From the NCBI GenBank assembly GCA_965649765.1, contig OZ287748.1, positions 68,944,001-69,008,000 on the forward strand: DNA of 64,000 nucleotides. Reading direction: 5' to 3'. Every line of letters begins with the position of its first letter. The stretch's first letter is position 1. The translations under genes were made by a program, and so were the position numbers. Positions 13,274-26,680 of this stretch are shown here, in pieces. The DNA is from Bispira polyomma (lineage: Eukaryota). The notes under the pieces are model-generated. The model made no database searches. It was given only the letters and a program-made list of their open reading frames with translations, and was not told the origin of the DNA.

Positions 13274-14261
13274 ATAGAACTCCGTTGCAAAAACAACTGT
13301 ATGACAATGCTACTAAAAAGCTGCACCTGGCCTTCTGCAGGTCCACTGCCAGGTCTTACAGAGCCATGTTTAGAGTGTACTTGGCTTTTATGATCTTCAT
13401 GGAGTGGCCTACTTGTCAGGTGACTGCGTTTCACATACTATGTTTTTTGGAAGTTCTACACTTTAATGTAGTCAAACCGGCTCAGATGGCGAATTATCTG
13501 TCTGCTATCAAGGCCGAATTAATAGTACATAATGTTCCCATTCAGGCCTTCAGTGATCCGCGTATAGCTATTATCAGAAGGCTGTACAACTTACCACTCC
13601 CTTGCAAGTCAAACTTAAAAAAATTATAGATATTCCAACCTTAAAGAATATTGTCTCTGTGTCACACTCAACCTACATGGGTGTAGTTTTCAAAGCAGTA
13701 TACTTGCTTAGTTTCTTTTCTTTTCTTAGACTTTCAAACCTGGTCCCTCATTCGCTGTCACTTTTCTCTCCTCTTAAACATCTAGCCAGGGGGGATGTTA
13801 TGTTTCACCCTGATAAGGCCGTCTTACTTATCAAGTGGTCAAAAATCATGCAGAGCAATAACCAAATTAAATTACTTACAGTTCCCCGGTTACCTGGCTC
13901 ACTTTTGTGCCCTGTGGATTCACTGAAGGCGTTAATGAGACTCACTCCTTTGGGACCTAATTCTCCATTGTTCCAAATTAAGGTTAACAATGCTTGGATT
14001 CCACTCACAGACACCAGAGTGCGACGTCATTTTAAAAGTGTTTTGCTTAAACTTAAACTCCAACATTCTGCCCTTACCCTCCACGCCTTCCGTCGTTCAG
14101 GTGCCACTTTTGCCTTTAACCGTAACGTAAGCATTCAGAATATCCAAAAACATGGGACCTGGACGTCGGACTGTGTTTGGAGATATGTTACTGACACCGC
14201 GGATGCTGGTAATCAGGTAGCTGATTCCTTTAAACTGCACTTACTCCCTCCAACCTTCTAG
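13274..14261 (+). pseudogene. Tyrosine recombinase of element 1 with one frameshift near 13570
   Basis: Catalytic R (FLRLSN), K (IKWSK), HxxR (HAFRRSGAT), H/W and Y (HGTW.S..VWRY). Split across ORFs 13285-13629 and 13602-14261. Confidence 0.92.
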
Positions 14262-14526
14262 CTCCTACTGTGTTGGGGTTTGGCTGCTTCAACTTTAAAA
14301 TTAACTCCTCTCTTATGTAATAATTAATGGTTATGTAAAACAGTTACGTAATTTTAGTTATCATTCATTTCACATATTACCTTTGTCGTAAAACTGAAGT
14401 TAATCCTTAAGCTTAACAGTATTATGTAATTATACCTTCTTAAACGGACTTCGGTCTGCTTTCTATTAAGTATCTCTATGTCAGGTCTAAATGATTATAC
14501 TGTAAATGGCTGTCATCACTTTATTT

Positions 14527-14700
14527 AGCTACAGTACAGTAGCTTCATACTTAAGCTAACTTTAAATACTTTTCTAGTTCAACTTAAACACTTGGGTACG
14601 CCCAGTCTTGCTACAGTACAGTAGCTCCATCTTTAAAATACTTTTGTAGTTGTAAATTAAACACTTGGGTACGCCCAGTTTTGCTACAGTACAGTAGCTA
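14527..14700. repeat. Three copies of GCTACAGTACAGTAGCT with duplicated TTAAACACTTGGGTACGCCCAGT linker in the element 1 3' region
   Basis: Copies at ~14528, ~14610 and ~14683. Confidence 0.9.
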
Positions 14701-15623
14701 CATTAAATGTTAAATTTTATCCAAACATTTTCTTATTCATGTAAGGTCACCTTATCTTCCAAATCTTTCGGGTTCGGGTATTACAACTTAAAGTACTCTA
14801 AGGTGACCTTTAGCTAATTTATTTATTATTCCTAATGATATTAATTTTATACTTACGTGACCTTAAGTCATCCTAAGTATCTTGTTTAACTTTACCAGGT
14901 GACTTTGAGTCACCATGTACATAGTAGATTCTAACATGTAGTCTAATAAATAAATTACCGCATTCTGTGTTTACTTACCTTGTCTTCGTGACCTCGGATC
15001 CTTTAGCCTGCTACCGGGGAACTGAAGCCATGTTTGTGACAATGAGACCGTTAAGTTTTGGTAATTAGTTATATATAGCTAGCAGCTGGCTACTGTTGAG
15101 ATTTTTAAAATTTGCTTTGGAGAGACTGTAATGTGTATCTCATATTTACAGTAACCACAACAATACTATTGTGTAGAGCTCATTACCGTGTACTACTGCA
15201 TCAGGACTGTAATGTATTAAATGATTACAAACGATTTTACGTCGAGCTCAAGAAATGTTTGTGTAAATCTTTATTAAAAGAATAAATTTAGCCTCACCAC
15301 TTGAAATCGTAAAAAACCTGTATAGTTCCATATGTACTTTTCATAACATATATTGTGCCCCATCAACATTAAGTGAAACTATGTTAAATAGTAAATATAT
15401 TATGAATTATATACCCCAGCGGCTAATCCAGGGATCCTATTGGTTAAAATGTAATCATGTTACATGACATAAAACTCGACATAACTCGGGAGTCGGGTGC
15501 CTATATCACTGCAGAGGGCCATATTATGTTGATAGACCTAACTATTTTATATTTTTTTTGTCAACAGAAATTTATTATTGTACGGTCGTGACTATTTTAT
15601 ATTATTTTTCCAACATAAATTTA

Positions 15624-16350
15624 AGGGGCCGCGGTGGCCTAGTGGTTAGCAAGCATTGTGCTTCACAATCACTGGTCTCTCACCTCTGGGCGGTGTGAGT
15701 TCGAATCCCGTCGATGCCTATTTGGGAAGGTGGTAGTTCCTTATACCCTGGTCTCACCAGCCGTCACGTTAGGAGTCGTTTGAAAATTAATTTGCGTAGG
15801 TTTTGCGTGGTATTTGCGGGAGCTGACATAATATACATAAGCATACATAACCTGGCATGAGAGTTGAGATGCAAGAAATTTTTAATTTTGAACCGTTTGA
15901 AATTTGGACACGCAAGAAATGCAAAAGTATGACGTCCTAAAATGTGGATATGCGTCACAGTGTGTAAATGTGCGTCATTATGACGTCATTTTACTTGTAT
16001 TGGCGTACTCATACATGTACTTGGACGTGAAGTTATGCATCCCCTGCGAGACTTTACAGCTTTTGACATACTAATACATGAATTTTAACGTCTGTTGATG
16101 TCTACAACGTGGAGAAAATCTCTAATTTCTAGTTTTGCATGACGTTTTGCATTAAATATTTTACAAGGCCATGCGTGGTTTACATATCCTAACGTAAATC
16201 CGGTGGGACCGGCCCATTACTGTGGGCTGCTGGTTTCAGTGCAGAACCTTGACCGACTGTATGCAGTGTTTCCTCCAGTGTTTCCAACTACCCGTCCCAA
16301 TATAACCTACTAAAAGGTACTAGAGTGGACGTTAAATATCCAAATTCAAA
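15624..16350 (+). mobile_element. tRNA-derived SINE interrupted by a MITE
   Basis: Pol III A box TGGCCTAGTGG and B box GTTCGAATCC; 15-bp TSD TCCAACATAAATTTA at 15609-15623 and 16351-16365. Confidence 0.85.
15744..16216. mobile_element. MITE nested in the SINE (TTA flanks, PIF/Harbinger-like)
   Basis: Imperfect TIRs CTGGTCTCACC..ACGTTAGGA / TCCTAACGT..GGTGGGACCGG; TTA on both sides. Confidence 0.7.
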
Positions 16351-17025
16351 TCCAACATAAATTTATTATTTTACCCACGTGACAGAGAGTAAAATTCTTT
16401 TGTTGTAAAGATGCTTTGGTATAATAAACAGAATATAAGCTGTTTGTGAGGGCCATATGGAGATATACGCACCCGAAGGCAGTCTAATATGGCTTAAGGG
16501 CCGTGAGGCCCAAAAACTCTATTGCACTGACTAATAAGACATCATTCAATAACACTACCCCCCTTTATTGTGTGTGGATGTCTTGTATATTGTGACGTAG
16601 ACACTAGGGCTGAGTATACAACATTTTCTTTGCTGTTTCACTAAAGTATTTGTTCCTGAGAATACACCAGTTGTAAGTGAACTTCGAACTGTTGTTTTGT
16701 ATTGATGTTATAGAAACATTCGCCCCCACCCCACCCCCCAAAAATGTCATATTTTACACATGTCACTTTGTAGGTAATCGTGGCTGACAACTCTACCGGT
16801 CGAATGTATCAGTTCAGTTGCACACCAACCTGCCTTATACAAAAGGATCAAAATATCTCCTTGGGCACTTACACTGGAACACAATTTGAAGGTGATGTAA
16901 TATATTTACAAGGGTCTTTAATGTATTGTTGCTTGTATTCATATTCTAGCCAAGCACTAGATCACACCGAAGATTTAAAACTCACATAAAGCAGGGAAGT
17001 TAATGTAAAGTCCATAATATATAGA

Positions 17026-17300
17026 AGGTGGTCTAGTGGTTAAAGTGTTGGTATGATAATCAGAAGGTTGTCGGTTCTATCCTCGGTCCCAGCTGCTACT
17101 TTCATTTGGTGGGATAACATCCAAGATTTGAACACAAGTTTGCCTCGTGGCTTGAATGACCACTTAAAATGGCGGTCCTCTGTCACTGAGTAATATCTCC
17201 AGTGGCAGGTTAAAGATCCTTGGGGACATTGATAAATGGTCATCCTCAAGCACCTCGGCGCCCATAGTGGCTGCCCATGTCCTCATAGAGTAATATATGT
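17026..17300 (+). mobile_element. tRNA-derived SINE, second family; related copies at ~36553-36850 and ~52533-52800
   Basis: A-box-like TGGTCTAGTGG and B-box-like GTTCTATCC; body (GAACACAAGTTT...CCCATAGTGGCTGCCCATG) shared with the other copies. Confidence 0.75.
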
Positions 17301-17599
17301 ATAAAGCACTATATAAATGTTGTATAATAATATTAATAGATGCCTCAGTTTGATATAATTTGTCCGAGCAACAAAATTTTCTAACTTTACCAACTTTCTT
17401 GTTCAGAAGTGAATAGATAAGTCCTGTGTGAACCATAAATTAAATTTTAGTCTGGCTTAGTTTGTATGCAAAAACTGCTTTACATGATCACAAACACAAC
17501 GTTATATTCTATTATTCTGTTCTTCTGATCTGGCATACATCGACACAGATACACTTTTTGAAAACCGGTGGTTATTATATAAAATGTACAGGATTATAA

Positions 17600-18170
17600 A
17601 TATCTTGAACGCAACATTTGCCTCAAAATTTGCTGGATAATGAAGACTTTATAAGACAGATCCAGTCTAACTATGTCAGGGGTAACATGTTGTGTCGATA
17701 TTCTAAGAAATGTACAAATAATGTTAAATATAAGTTGTTTAAGACATATATGTATACTGTGTATGCATCCTATTTATGGTGCAATTATAGTAACCCTCTG
17801 TACAGTTAATATGTGGTTTAAGTATCTGTTTTTGTACCCAGCTCTCTGCAGTGCTTCGGAAATGTTAGTTAAAAAATATAAGATTATTAAACAATGTATT
17901 CAGGGCTACCAGTAATAGTGTCTTACGTAGAATAAAATGTTGTAGAAATAGTCTTACTCACGCATACCTGAACAACCCTGCTGGAAAAAAGTCTAACACA
18001 ATTGCCAAATGGAAAAAATATGTTTATGTATGTTTAGTATGATTGTACAATTAATCATTTAGCTATAACCTATGTCTTTTCTTTTGCTTTTTGTTCTCAT
18101 TGGTATGGACGTATGTATTTTTATGTAATATATAATGTCTGTAATAAACATATAAATAAATAAAATAAAG
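17600..18170 (+). mobile_element. Decayed 3' fragment of a non-LTR retrotransposon
   Basis: Peptide RQIQSNYVRGNMLCRYSKKCTNNVKYKLFKTY..YASYLW resembles LINE ORF2 C-termini; ends in an AATAAA/(TAAA)n tail. Confidence 0.6.
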
Positions 18171-18489
18171 ATAACAATCATGTGAATATATTAGTATATA
18201 ATATGGAGGTATTGAGAGTAACATTAAACTCAAAATTAATCTAAAAAACTTACTTATTACTTGTTGAACTTTCAGACTGGTTCACTTGTGACCTGAGGCA
18301 CAAACAGAGGCATGGATGTTTCGGAGACACCTCCCAAGCTGCTGTGGAATCTTATCAGTTCTCTCAATTTGACTCTGACATTTCCACTGAACAGCCAATA
18401 GAGACATCCACAAGTGAGATAACAACTCAACAAATAACAACTACTGTACACTACTGCCCAGTCAACTGATAACATACACACCACCACGG

Positions 18490-18973
18490 TTAATGGTGTT
18501 GGATCTACTGATGGCACGCTAACCTTAGCCCCCATTACAGAACAGCTAACCACAGAACACACCCTAATTGATACACCCCCCACTGTTGAGGGAACACCTA
18601 CTGACCGTCCCATTACAACTGATGCTGTTACTCTAGATCACACAGACAGTGAGTACACAGGAGATTGGACTACTGGAGAAAGTCATACTGATGCTACTGG
18701 AAACACCCCACCACTTCAGGGTCTGACCACTGGTAATAGTGCTGGATCTACTGGTGATCCAATAGTCTTAAACCCCATTACAGAACATGTAACCACAGAA
18801 CACACCCTAATTGATACACTCTCCACTGCTGAGGAAACACTTACTGACAGTCCCCCTACAAGTGATGCTGTCATTCTAGATCACACAGACAGTGAGTACA
18901 CAGGAGACTGGACCACTGGAGAAAGTCATACTGAGGTTACTGGAAACCCCACACCACTTCAGGGTCTGACCAC
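18490..18973 (+). repeat. 243-bp (81-codon) tandem duplication inside the mucin-like exon
   Basis: GGATCTACTG at 18501 and 18744; repeated peptide PITE.TTEHTLIDT...LDHTDSEYTGDWTTGESHT...PLQGLTT. Confidence 0.9.
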
Positions 18974-19306
18974 AAAGACAACAACAAGTCATTCAGAAGC
19001 TCTGGGAGTTCACACAGAACCTACTGTAGTTACTGGCACATTTACAACAGCTCAAGACTTGGGCACAGATAGTGTAGGAACTCACATTGAGGTCACAGGG
19101 ATAGACACCACTTCCGTCCTCAATGGTTTTAGTGATACAGTAACTCCTGCCCTTACAACCCTAGATTCCTTCAGACAGTATACTACATCAGAACCAGACT
19201 GTACAGTGTTGCCCGTAGTACAGCATGCAGTGACCATCCACCAGGACACGGCCACAGTCATTGTCACATGTGAAGCAGGGTAAGACTGGAAACTCATTTT
19301 CTGTTA

Positions 19307-19618
19307 GGCTCAAAACTCACCTAACGTTTGCACTAACATCTGCGCCAGCGATTTTACTTGCGATTTTAGAAAACCAATTAATTCGTTTTATCTGCATTTT
19401 ATAGCTTTTTTAGAGTTTTGTATTGTGTTATTGATTTATTTTACTACCCTGCATTCAATATTAGACACATGTCTTGTGTGGTGAAAAAAATCCCGAAGTT
19501 GTTTTCTCGTAACACAACTCACACTATAAAATCGTAATGTGAAATTTAACCTTATATTTGATTTGTTACACATAATTTGGCAGAGTAGCACATCACAACG
19601 CTACGTGAGTTTTGAGCC
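19307..19618. mobile_element. PIF/Harbinger-type MITE; a partial second copy follows to ~19830
   Basis: TIR GGCTCAAAACTCAC / GTGAGTTTTGAGCC with TTA target duplication (19304-19306 and 19619-19621). Confidence 0.85.
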
Positions 19619-22600
19619 TTAGTGTTTCCGTCTGTGCTAACGCTTTTAATTGCGTTTGCGATTTTAGAAAACTAATTGATACAACCCATGTAGTTATTCA
19701 CAGTGCATCACATAATATAAAATCGTAACATACTCCTCCATATTCACAACACAATGTGAGTTTTAACCTAATATTTGCTTTGGGACCCTTTTTATCGAAT
19801 TGCAGCATAGCGCATCACAACGCAAGGTGAGTATTGGGCATTACAGCCCCATACCAAAAAATGTCTGTTACTGTTCCACATTCGCAAGTCACAAGGTGAC
19901 CCATTGTATTTTTGGACGCCATACAACTAGCCATAACCACAATCAGAACACCTGGAAATATACACAGTGTGTATATAAGTATCCATAATTCGTAAAGCAA
20001 TGTGACTGTAAAATAATAAACATTAAAAGACAAACAACAATTTATAAAGATATCTAAGTTATGTTACATATTTCCAAGTAAATGGGTATATATTACAAAC
20101 ATTCAGTGTTCTGACATTGTTAGAAAACCTATTGCCTTATATGTACTTTCACATACATAAAAGTTATTTTCTCATATTAGGTCAAATAATTCACATGCAA
20201 AAATAAACTATACCATTGGGTGTCGCAAAACACAGAATGAGAAAACTCTTTCTTGTTTCTACCATGAATGTCAACACGTTAATTGCTAAACAATGCACAA
20301 AACCAAAAAGCCTCTCTTTTTTAGTCCAATGATTTCTTTGATCCTATGTCTACTCCAGTTACATTGGTTTGTGTATCTCATTGAAAAAGAGACGCTTTTC
20401 TCTGCACTTCTTACTATTGTCTACGTGTTCTTCTGTGTACAAATTTAGGCTGATATTCCCCGATGGTAGCCATGAGCTCACTAGTACATGTACAGATGGA
20501 ATAGGGTAGAAGCCTGAACCTTGGCCTAGTTGTCATAATTGTAAGTGCTAAATGTACATGCTATACATTAGGACCATTGCTTTGTTATATCTGTAGAATT
20601 GCTTCAGGACAAATTTGCAGAATAGTTAAAACATACTAATTTTTCTTTCATTATTGCAACATTTCTACATATTTAAATCTGTCAAGATTTCATTTCTATT
20701 TGCACTGATCATTCAGTTCAAATATTCATCTAGTTTACACAATGCTTTGATAAATGTTCAGTCAGGTTAGTTCTTTATAACTTTAGACATTTGCTCGAGT
20801 CCTCCAGCTGTTCACAATACAGTTGTCTCTGTCCATGGAAGAGCTGATGGATATCAAGCTCAGTACAGTTGTGTAGACGGGCACATTTTTGATGATGGCA
20901 CAGAGGTCAAGTATGCTGTGTTCAGAAACATTGCATGGGCTGGAGTACCTAATGACTGTATAGGTAAAGAAAAATAACCATGTATATTTAGTATTTTCTA
21001 AAGGTATACAGAACAAATTCAGGAGTACTTAATGTGGTCTACTGTGAACTGGCCATTGCCTACTGATGACAAACAGTGTAATGCTATCCTTCATACATAT
21101 ATATATGCTAAAAATGCATAAAAATAATGTATCCCTTCTGGGTTTGTAATATGTAATACCTAGTAATGCTAGTTAATATAATTTGTAAGTTAATGTAACT
21201 GTTTTGTGTATCAATATGACGTGGAAACTCCATATCACAGTTTGATTTACACAACAGTGGTGCAATGCCCCCCTACCATCTCCACGAGAAATGCTTACAT
21301 TGAAATGGATGGTCACTTCTATAAATTGACAGCTGTAATAACGTGCTACCGTGTGTATGACGGTACCCAAACCCGAAGTGTTGTTTGTCAAAAATATGGT
21401 GACTGGAGCATCAATGAAGTACACTGTCATGGTAAGTAACTGCTCAAATATCATAGTATTCAAATATGTGTTATTCCTAAATCCACTGTTAATTTAAGTT
21501 TTTTTTTAGAAAATCCAGTCTCTACTGCATACAATATACACTTTTTATAATGCACTCTCAATAGTCAAACGGCGTTATAAAATAGATCATTGTAAGACAT
21601 TGTTCCGCTAACAAGTAAATTACTGTAGTTATATACATATTCATATTGCTATGGTCACATAATACAATCAGAATAATATTTTGTAATTTTGCATTATGTC
21701 ACTGCAACACAAATTATTCTGATCTGCTTTTTTAGTCTGTCTATGTTCTGTGGATGACAAAGGTGCAATGAATTACATTGATGATATTGCGGTGTTACTG
21801 TGTGAGAACATGCTTACCTTCAGTACCGGCTTAACTCACTATTCGTATCAGTGTTCAAAGTTTAGTAGGAGGCAATTATGTGCAGGTAAAGGATTTCACG
21901 ATATAATGATAATTTAATTTTCTAACACAGTTTAGTAGAAAAGCTGAACTGTATATTATAATGACAACCTGCAATATAAACTAACATATTTTTACATTAA
22001 GAGGACTAAAAAGATATGTGCCATCAATACTTATTCTTGCTTATAACAATTCAATTCAATTCTCAATTACAATGAGATGTTACTGGAAATATCAGTGATA
22101 AATGTTTTAATAGATTATGACTGCCTACCCACACAGTGGTTACCCAACAGCAGAGTTCATAGATAATGCCAACGTGTTGTTCACATGCAATGATGGACAT
22201 AGATTTCCTACCTGTCACAAACAAGTGATGTTGGAGTGTAATAACACAGAGCTAAGGTGTTTAGGTATGTCAAAATAGAAACCCAGTTATTTCAGGGGAA
22301 TGCATTATCATGTTATACCATTGGTTGTGGAGCATAGGCCCTACATATTCATATCAGAACAGCAAGTATATTTGTTGTATGTGTAACTTATTTCATTCTA
22401 CAGTTTATTTGTGTCTTAAAGCTGTATAGAGGTAAGATCTCTTTTAGGATTGCAAGGCGCATGCTCAAAATATCAAGTGATTGTTGTATGAATGGATGTG
22501 TCATACTATCTTGGTTAAACAATGCAAGTGGGGCAAGTATATTCTATTCGACAAATCAGGGAACTGCCCCCATATGGGTTCACAGTTCAAAGTACTCGCT

Positions 22601-23819
22601 ACACTACAGAATTTAGAAGATAAAATGGGGGAAGGTAAAAAGTATACATTTTATTAAATATCAAATATTTAATCGAATGTTACCTTAGATGTACACATAT
22701 AGTGACACTCGATGTTAAATTCGGCAGAATGTTCAATTTTTGCATAGTTTATATTTGCACGTATTTGATCTTGACAACAAAAAGTCAAAACGATTGAGAT
22801 TTGTCCAATAATATGTTTGTAAAAGTACTGTTTAAGGTAATATTTGACAACATAGTATCTTTCTTAAGCAAAAGAGAAAAAGCTAAAAGATACTACAGTA
22901 CCTTAACTAACGTTTATAGTTTTGGGGACGGTTCGCATGATAAAATTTGTCCACGTGTTGGAGGCACGTCAGCAGTAACTTGTTTTCTAGTGGGAAATTC
23001 GTTTTGGTATAATAAAATATGTAAGAATGAAGAAAATCAATGTATATTGGTGGTCGTAACAGAAAACCCCAGTTTATTATTGCACTAGGTATAATTATTA
23101 AATGTCCACGTTTTTATTTATTCACAGAGATCACATCTCCCCCATCTCCCCATGTAACAAATGGTACTGTGAACACATCGCTGGCTATATATGGTACAAT
23201 TGTTGGCTATGCTTGTTATCATGGATACCAGTTTCCTGATAAGTCAAAGACCCAAACCATCCAGTGTATGGATAATGGAAACTGGTCGGCAACAGTTGAC
23301 GATTGCCAAGGTATAAATATATACATACCTTTTAGAATAATTTCTATCAATGCAAACTTACTCTATTTATGAACAAGTTTCCCCATAAATTAAGGACATG
23401 ACTTTGTCTTCTAAATGGGTAAAATAAAGCAGCACGGCTATTTATACTATTTATCATCTTTTTATTTGCTGGCAAATCCATAGAGCACATACATATATGG
23501 TGGTGACAGAAATTATTATTATTATGAATATTTAACGCTTGAATTAAGGATAAATACAATAACTATAGAGTCATATGCTGAACAGGTTATAATACAGACA
23601 CCAATGTTACAAATCTTCTTGTCTTTTATACCTGAACCTTACCTTACCAGCAATTTGGATCACCTTGCCTGGGGAAGCTGAGAGTTCGGATATAAATTTA
23701 TTTTTATTTTTTTTAAACATTTTCAAGAAACATTACATAGAAGCACTTTTACGTACATGGATACATTATGTATAGAGTTTATTATACAATTTAATACAAT
23801 ATTTTACCAACATATATTT

Positions 23820-24090
23820 ATTTATTATTATTATTAATTTTATTGATGCTAGTCATCTTATGAAGCACACCAGTAGAATCATTGATCCAGTCGTAACATC
23901 CATGGGCATAGCAAGGTCGTAAGGAAAGAAGTGGGAGTGTGCACAATGGAAGCTAATTTGAGTAGGCAAGGTTAAATAAATAGGTTTTAAACTTTTTCAT
24001 AAAACCTATGAGTGTATCAACTGATCTGAGGTCAACTGGGAAACTGTTCCATAACAAAGGAGCTGCAATGGAGAATGCTCTTTATCCCGC
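23820..24090 (-). mobile_element. L2/CR1-type LINE 3' tail fragment
   Basis: Minus strand reads G*RAFSIAAPLLWNSFPVDLRSVDTLIGFMKKFKTYLF, typical of L2 ORF2 C-termini, followed by an (AAT)n tail. Confidence 0.75.
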
Positions 24091-25689
24091 CTTCCTGGGG
24101 AAATATGACCAACTTCCCTGGTTTTGCTTACTTAACACCTTGTATATGCATTTACCACCTGGCCCAAACACACACACCCCACCACAGTCCCCAGAATTAT
24201 GCTCTTAGTTGAAGTTAAAAGTTACAATTTAAAAATGGGAGTTTGACCAACTATTAGTTCAAGATGTAGCTGTGATGCAGCTTATTGATGTTTATGCGGG
24301 AAACAAGTGATTCTGTTTGGAGATAATTTATTTACATTTTTCTTTTGAAAATAATTTCGCAACTGTATATAAACTTTTAAAATTTAAGCACCATTTCAGG
24401 TCATTACATATTCATAAATTGTGGCTGGCAGCTTTGAACCTTCGCTTGACCTATCTGCATCCCCCCAGGACATTCAGTCGGGGATGTATAAAGGGTGAAA
24501 ATGGAGCATCTGATTTGACGGGAAATATGTACCCTATTAAATTGTTTCATCAAAGCCCCTAGACTGAGTTTTTTGTCTTTACCGATGCTTAGACTTTTAC
24601 TGATGGCAAGAACAGAGTTGTTTACTATAATAAATCGTTGTAAATGTGAAATGTCACCAATAACAGAAAAACTATCATTTTTCTAATTAGTTTGTGGATT
24701 TATCAAATAGCCGTACACAAAGTTTTAACTTATGACCAACCTAAAAGTACTTAAATTATTAAAAATCATTATTTGAAAATATTGCCATATATTTCCTATT
24801 GAAGAGAACATAATAAATTGCCATGGGGGCGGGCCGGTAGATTTACAATGATTTGATATAGTTAATGACTAAAAATGATATAGTAAAAATCAAAGCATTG
24901 TCGAAAACTCTGTCGACATATTCCCTTAATCTGGGCCATGAACCTTCAAAGTATGACAGCTATTATACCCTTATATATCCCACTATTATACAATTGTATG
25001 GAAGACTATGCTCTATTGTATCTCTTATAACAAAATCCCAAGAGATAGATTTTTATTGTACTCTCACCTGGTAAATATAAACACATAATACAATTTACAA
25101 AATGCCAGACCGAGCCAGCCACTTATGGCTTATGACAGAGTTTTCGTGTAAAAATAGGCTAAATGTACTAATACAGAGTTAATATAATATTAGCATTAAA
25201 TGTATAATATCATGTATATAAAATAACAACATCCTAGATCTGACTTCCGAGCATCTTTAGTCCGTTTGGTCTTTGCCGTGGGTTATCAGACCAAAAAAAG
25301 ACATTTTCAGCTTACTATTACTATATGAAAGGTAAAGGAACTTTGACTTGACACTAAAATTATATAATAGAAAGCAAAAGTTTTTGCTATCATAATGTAC
25401 CATATAATGTATCATATCATATAAATATATATATATATATATCATTACAATATACTAGATCCGACCTCTGGCCATCTTTAGTCCATTAGGTCTTTGCTGC
25501 GGGCTATCAGAGCCGAAAAGACGTTTCTAGTACAATAGTACTATATGGAAGGTAAAGAATATTTGACTTAACAATCAAGTTACAAAATAAAAACGTTTCT
25601 GGTAATATTATGTAACATACTATTCACTATAAAAATAAATTATGATAAAACCGAACAAATATTTTAATAACTAAACTTTAACTTAAACT

Positions 25690-26680
25690 GATTTTGTCTC
25701 ATTACGAATATGGCTTGTATATATTTACTTACTTTATAAATGTTTGTTTTCTATATAATCATTTGCCATTTTTCACAAATACCTTAATCATTAAAATTAA
25801 CCAAATTAATGTTCATACTATTGATAAAGTGTACTCTACTATCATAGAAGTCTTTACATTCAAAAACAAAATATCTCTCGTCTCTAATTTCATCACAAAA
25901 TTTACATAGTCTCTGTTAAACCTTATACATTTGTACAAATCTTATGGTTTTTTTTGAGAGGCAGAGTCCCACTCCTAAATTGAGCTATTAGTGATCGTTG
26001 GGATTCTGATAGGTTGGCCTCCACATAGAGTTCAAAAGCATGATGAGTTTTGAAAATTGTTTATGTTTAGATAGATTAGTGGCCCAGGGCCCGTATTCAC
26101 TAAAGTTCTTATACTTAGAATCATTCTTATACTTATAATAAAAATCATTCTTATACTTAGAATAAGAATCATTCTTATACTTAGAAAGTTTTCTATTCTA
26201 AGAATTTTGTTATACCTATTCCTAGAACAAGAATTTTTAAACTAAGAATTGTGAAAAAACAATACATGAGAATGCCAGGGGCAGTATTCACTAAAGTTTT
26301 TATACTCAGAATAAGAAGTTTGGGTATTCAATAAAGTTCTTATACTTAGAATAATTCTTATTTTTAAGTAACCTGTTTTTAACTTTTTGACAAATGAATG
26401 CAAAACTAATCCCTGCGAGTTCCCTCACTTGTTCCACCTAAAATGGAGCACACTGAATAACCCCAGGTTCTACCTTTTGTTCCCATTCCCATAAGAAGAC
26501 ACATTTTTTAAGTCTGCTTCTAACTGATGGTGGTCGCCAACCAGTGTCTCCCGTAATTGCCACGGTGGAGGCAAATCTGTGTAGTCTGAGAAATGATCTC
26601 CGGGCTCTGTTCTGTATCACTTGTGATTTGCTATAGTTGATATTACCATACCCCAGGACAATCATCATAACATAAATCCT
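25690..26680 (-). mobile_element. Decayed LINE ORF2 3' fragment interrupted by a TTCTTATACTTAGAAT-repeat element (~26085-26370)
   Basis: Minus-strand peptides VIQNRARRSFL..H.F...AITGDTGW and RSLIAQFRSGTLPL...RLCKFC..DERYFVFEC (C-terminal zinc-finger-like region). Confidence 0.65.

Larger units (their letters stand above)
9650..15025 (+). mobile_element. Tyrosine-recombinase retrotransposon 1 (Ngaro-like); A-like left end and B-like right end, no internal A2 copy seen
   Basis: gag, RT/RNaseH and YR ORFs in order. Left end has a hairpin then CAGTTC, right end ends GAACTG, as in element 2. TATA-like CATATAAAAG at ~9735; AATAAA at ~14945. Exact termini approximate. Confidence 0.88.
6987..23310 (+). 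pseudogene. Disabled gene: Thr-rich mucin stalk followed by sushi/CCP repeats. Firm exons 18276-19279, 20449-20540, 20787-20963, 21258-21431, 21736-21885, 22114-22264, 23128-23310. Tentative 5' exons 6987-7029 (signal peptide), 15152-~15300 and 16774-~16890
   Basis: Splice-site-bounded, phase-compatible CCP exons. Lesions: frameshift near 18450; TAG at 20507-20509 in place of the CCP Trp; a 151-nt frameshifted exon at 22114; Cys->Phe and Cys->Ser at CCP Cys positions. The 5' exons (MLLGTVTVILCFTI|VTTTILLCRAHYRV...) are less certain. Confidence 0.75.

Noticed and set aside
9650-15025. Classifying element 1 as DIRS1-type with ITRs
   Set aside because: Terminal complementarity is short and matches the A/B junction pairing seen in element 2; no internal complementary region or methyltransferase domain found.
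15625-15715. tRNA gene
   Set aside because: A and B boxes are present, but there is no clean cloverleaf and it continues into a SINE body with a TSD. The same applies to 17026, 36553 and 40750.
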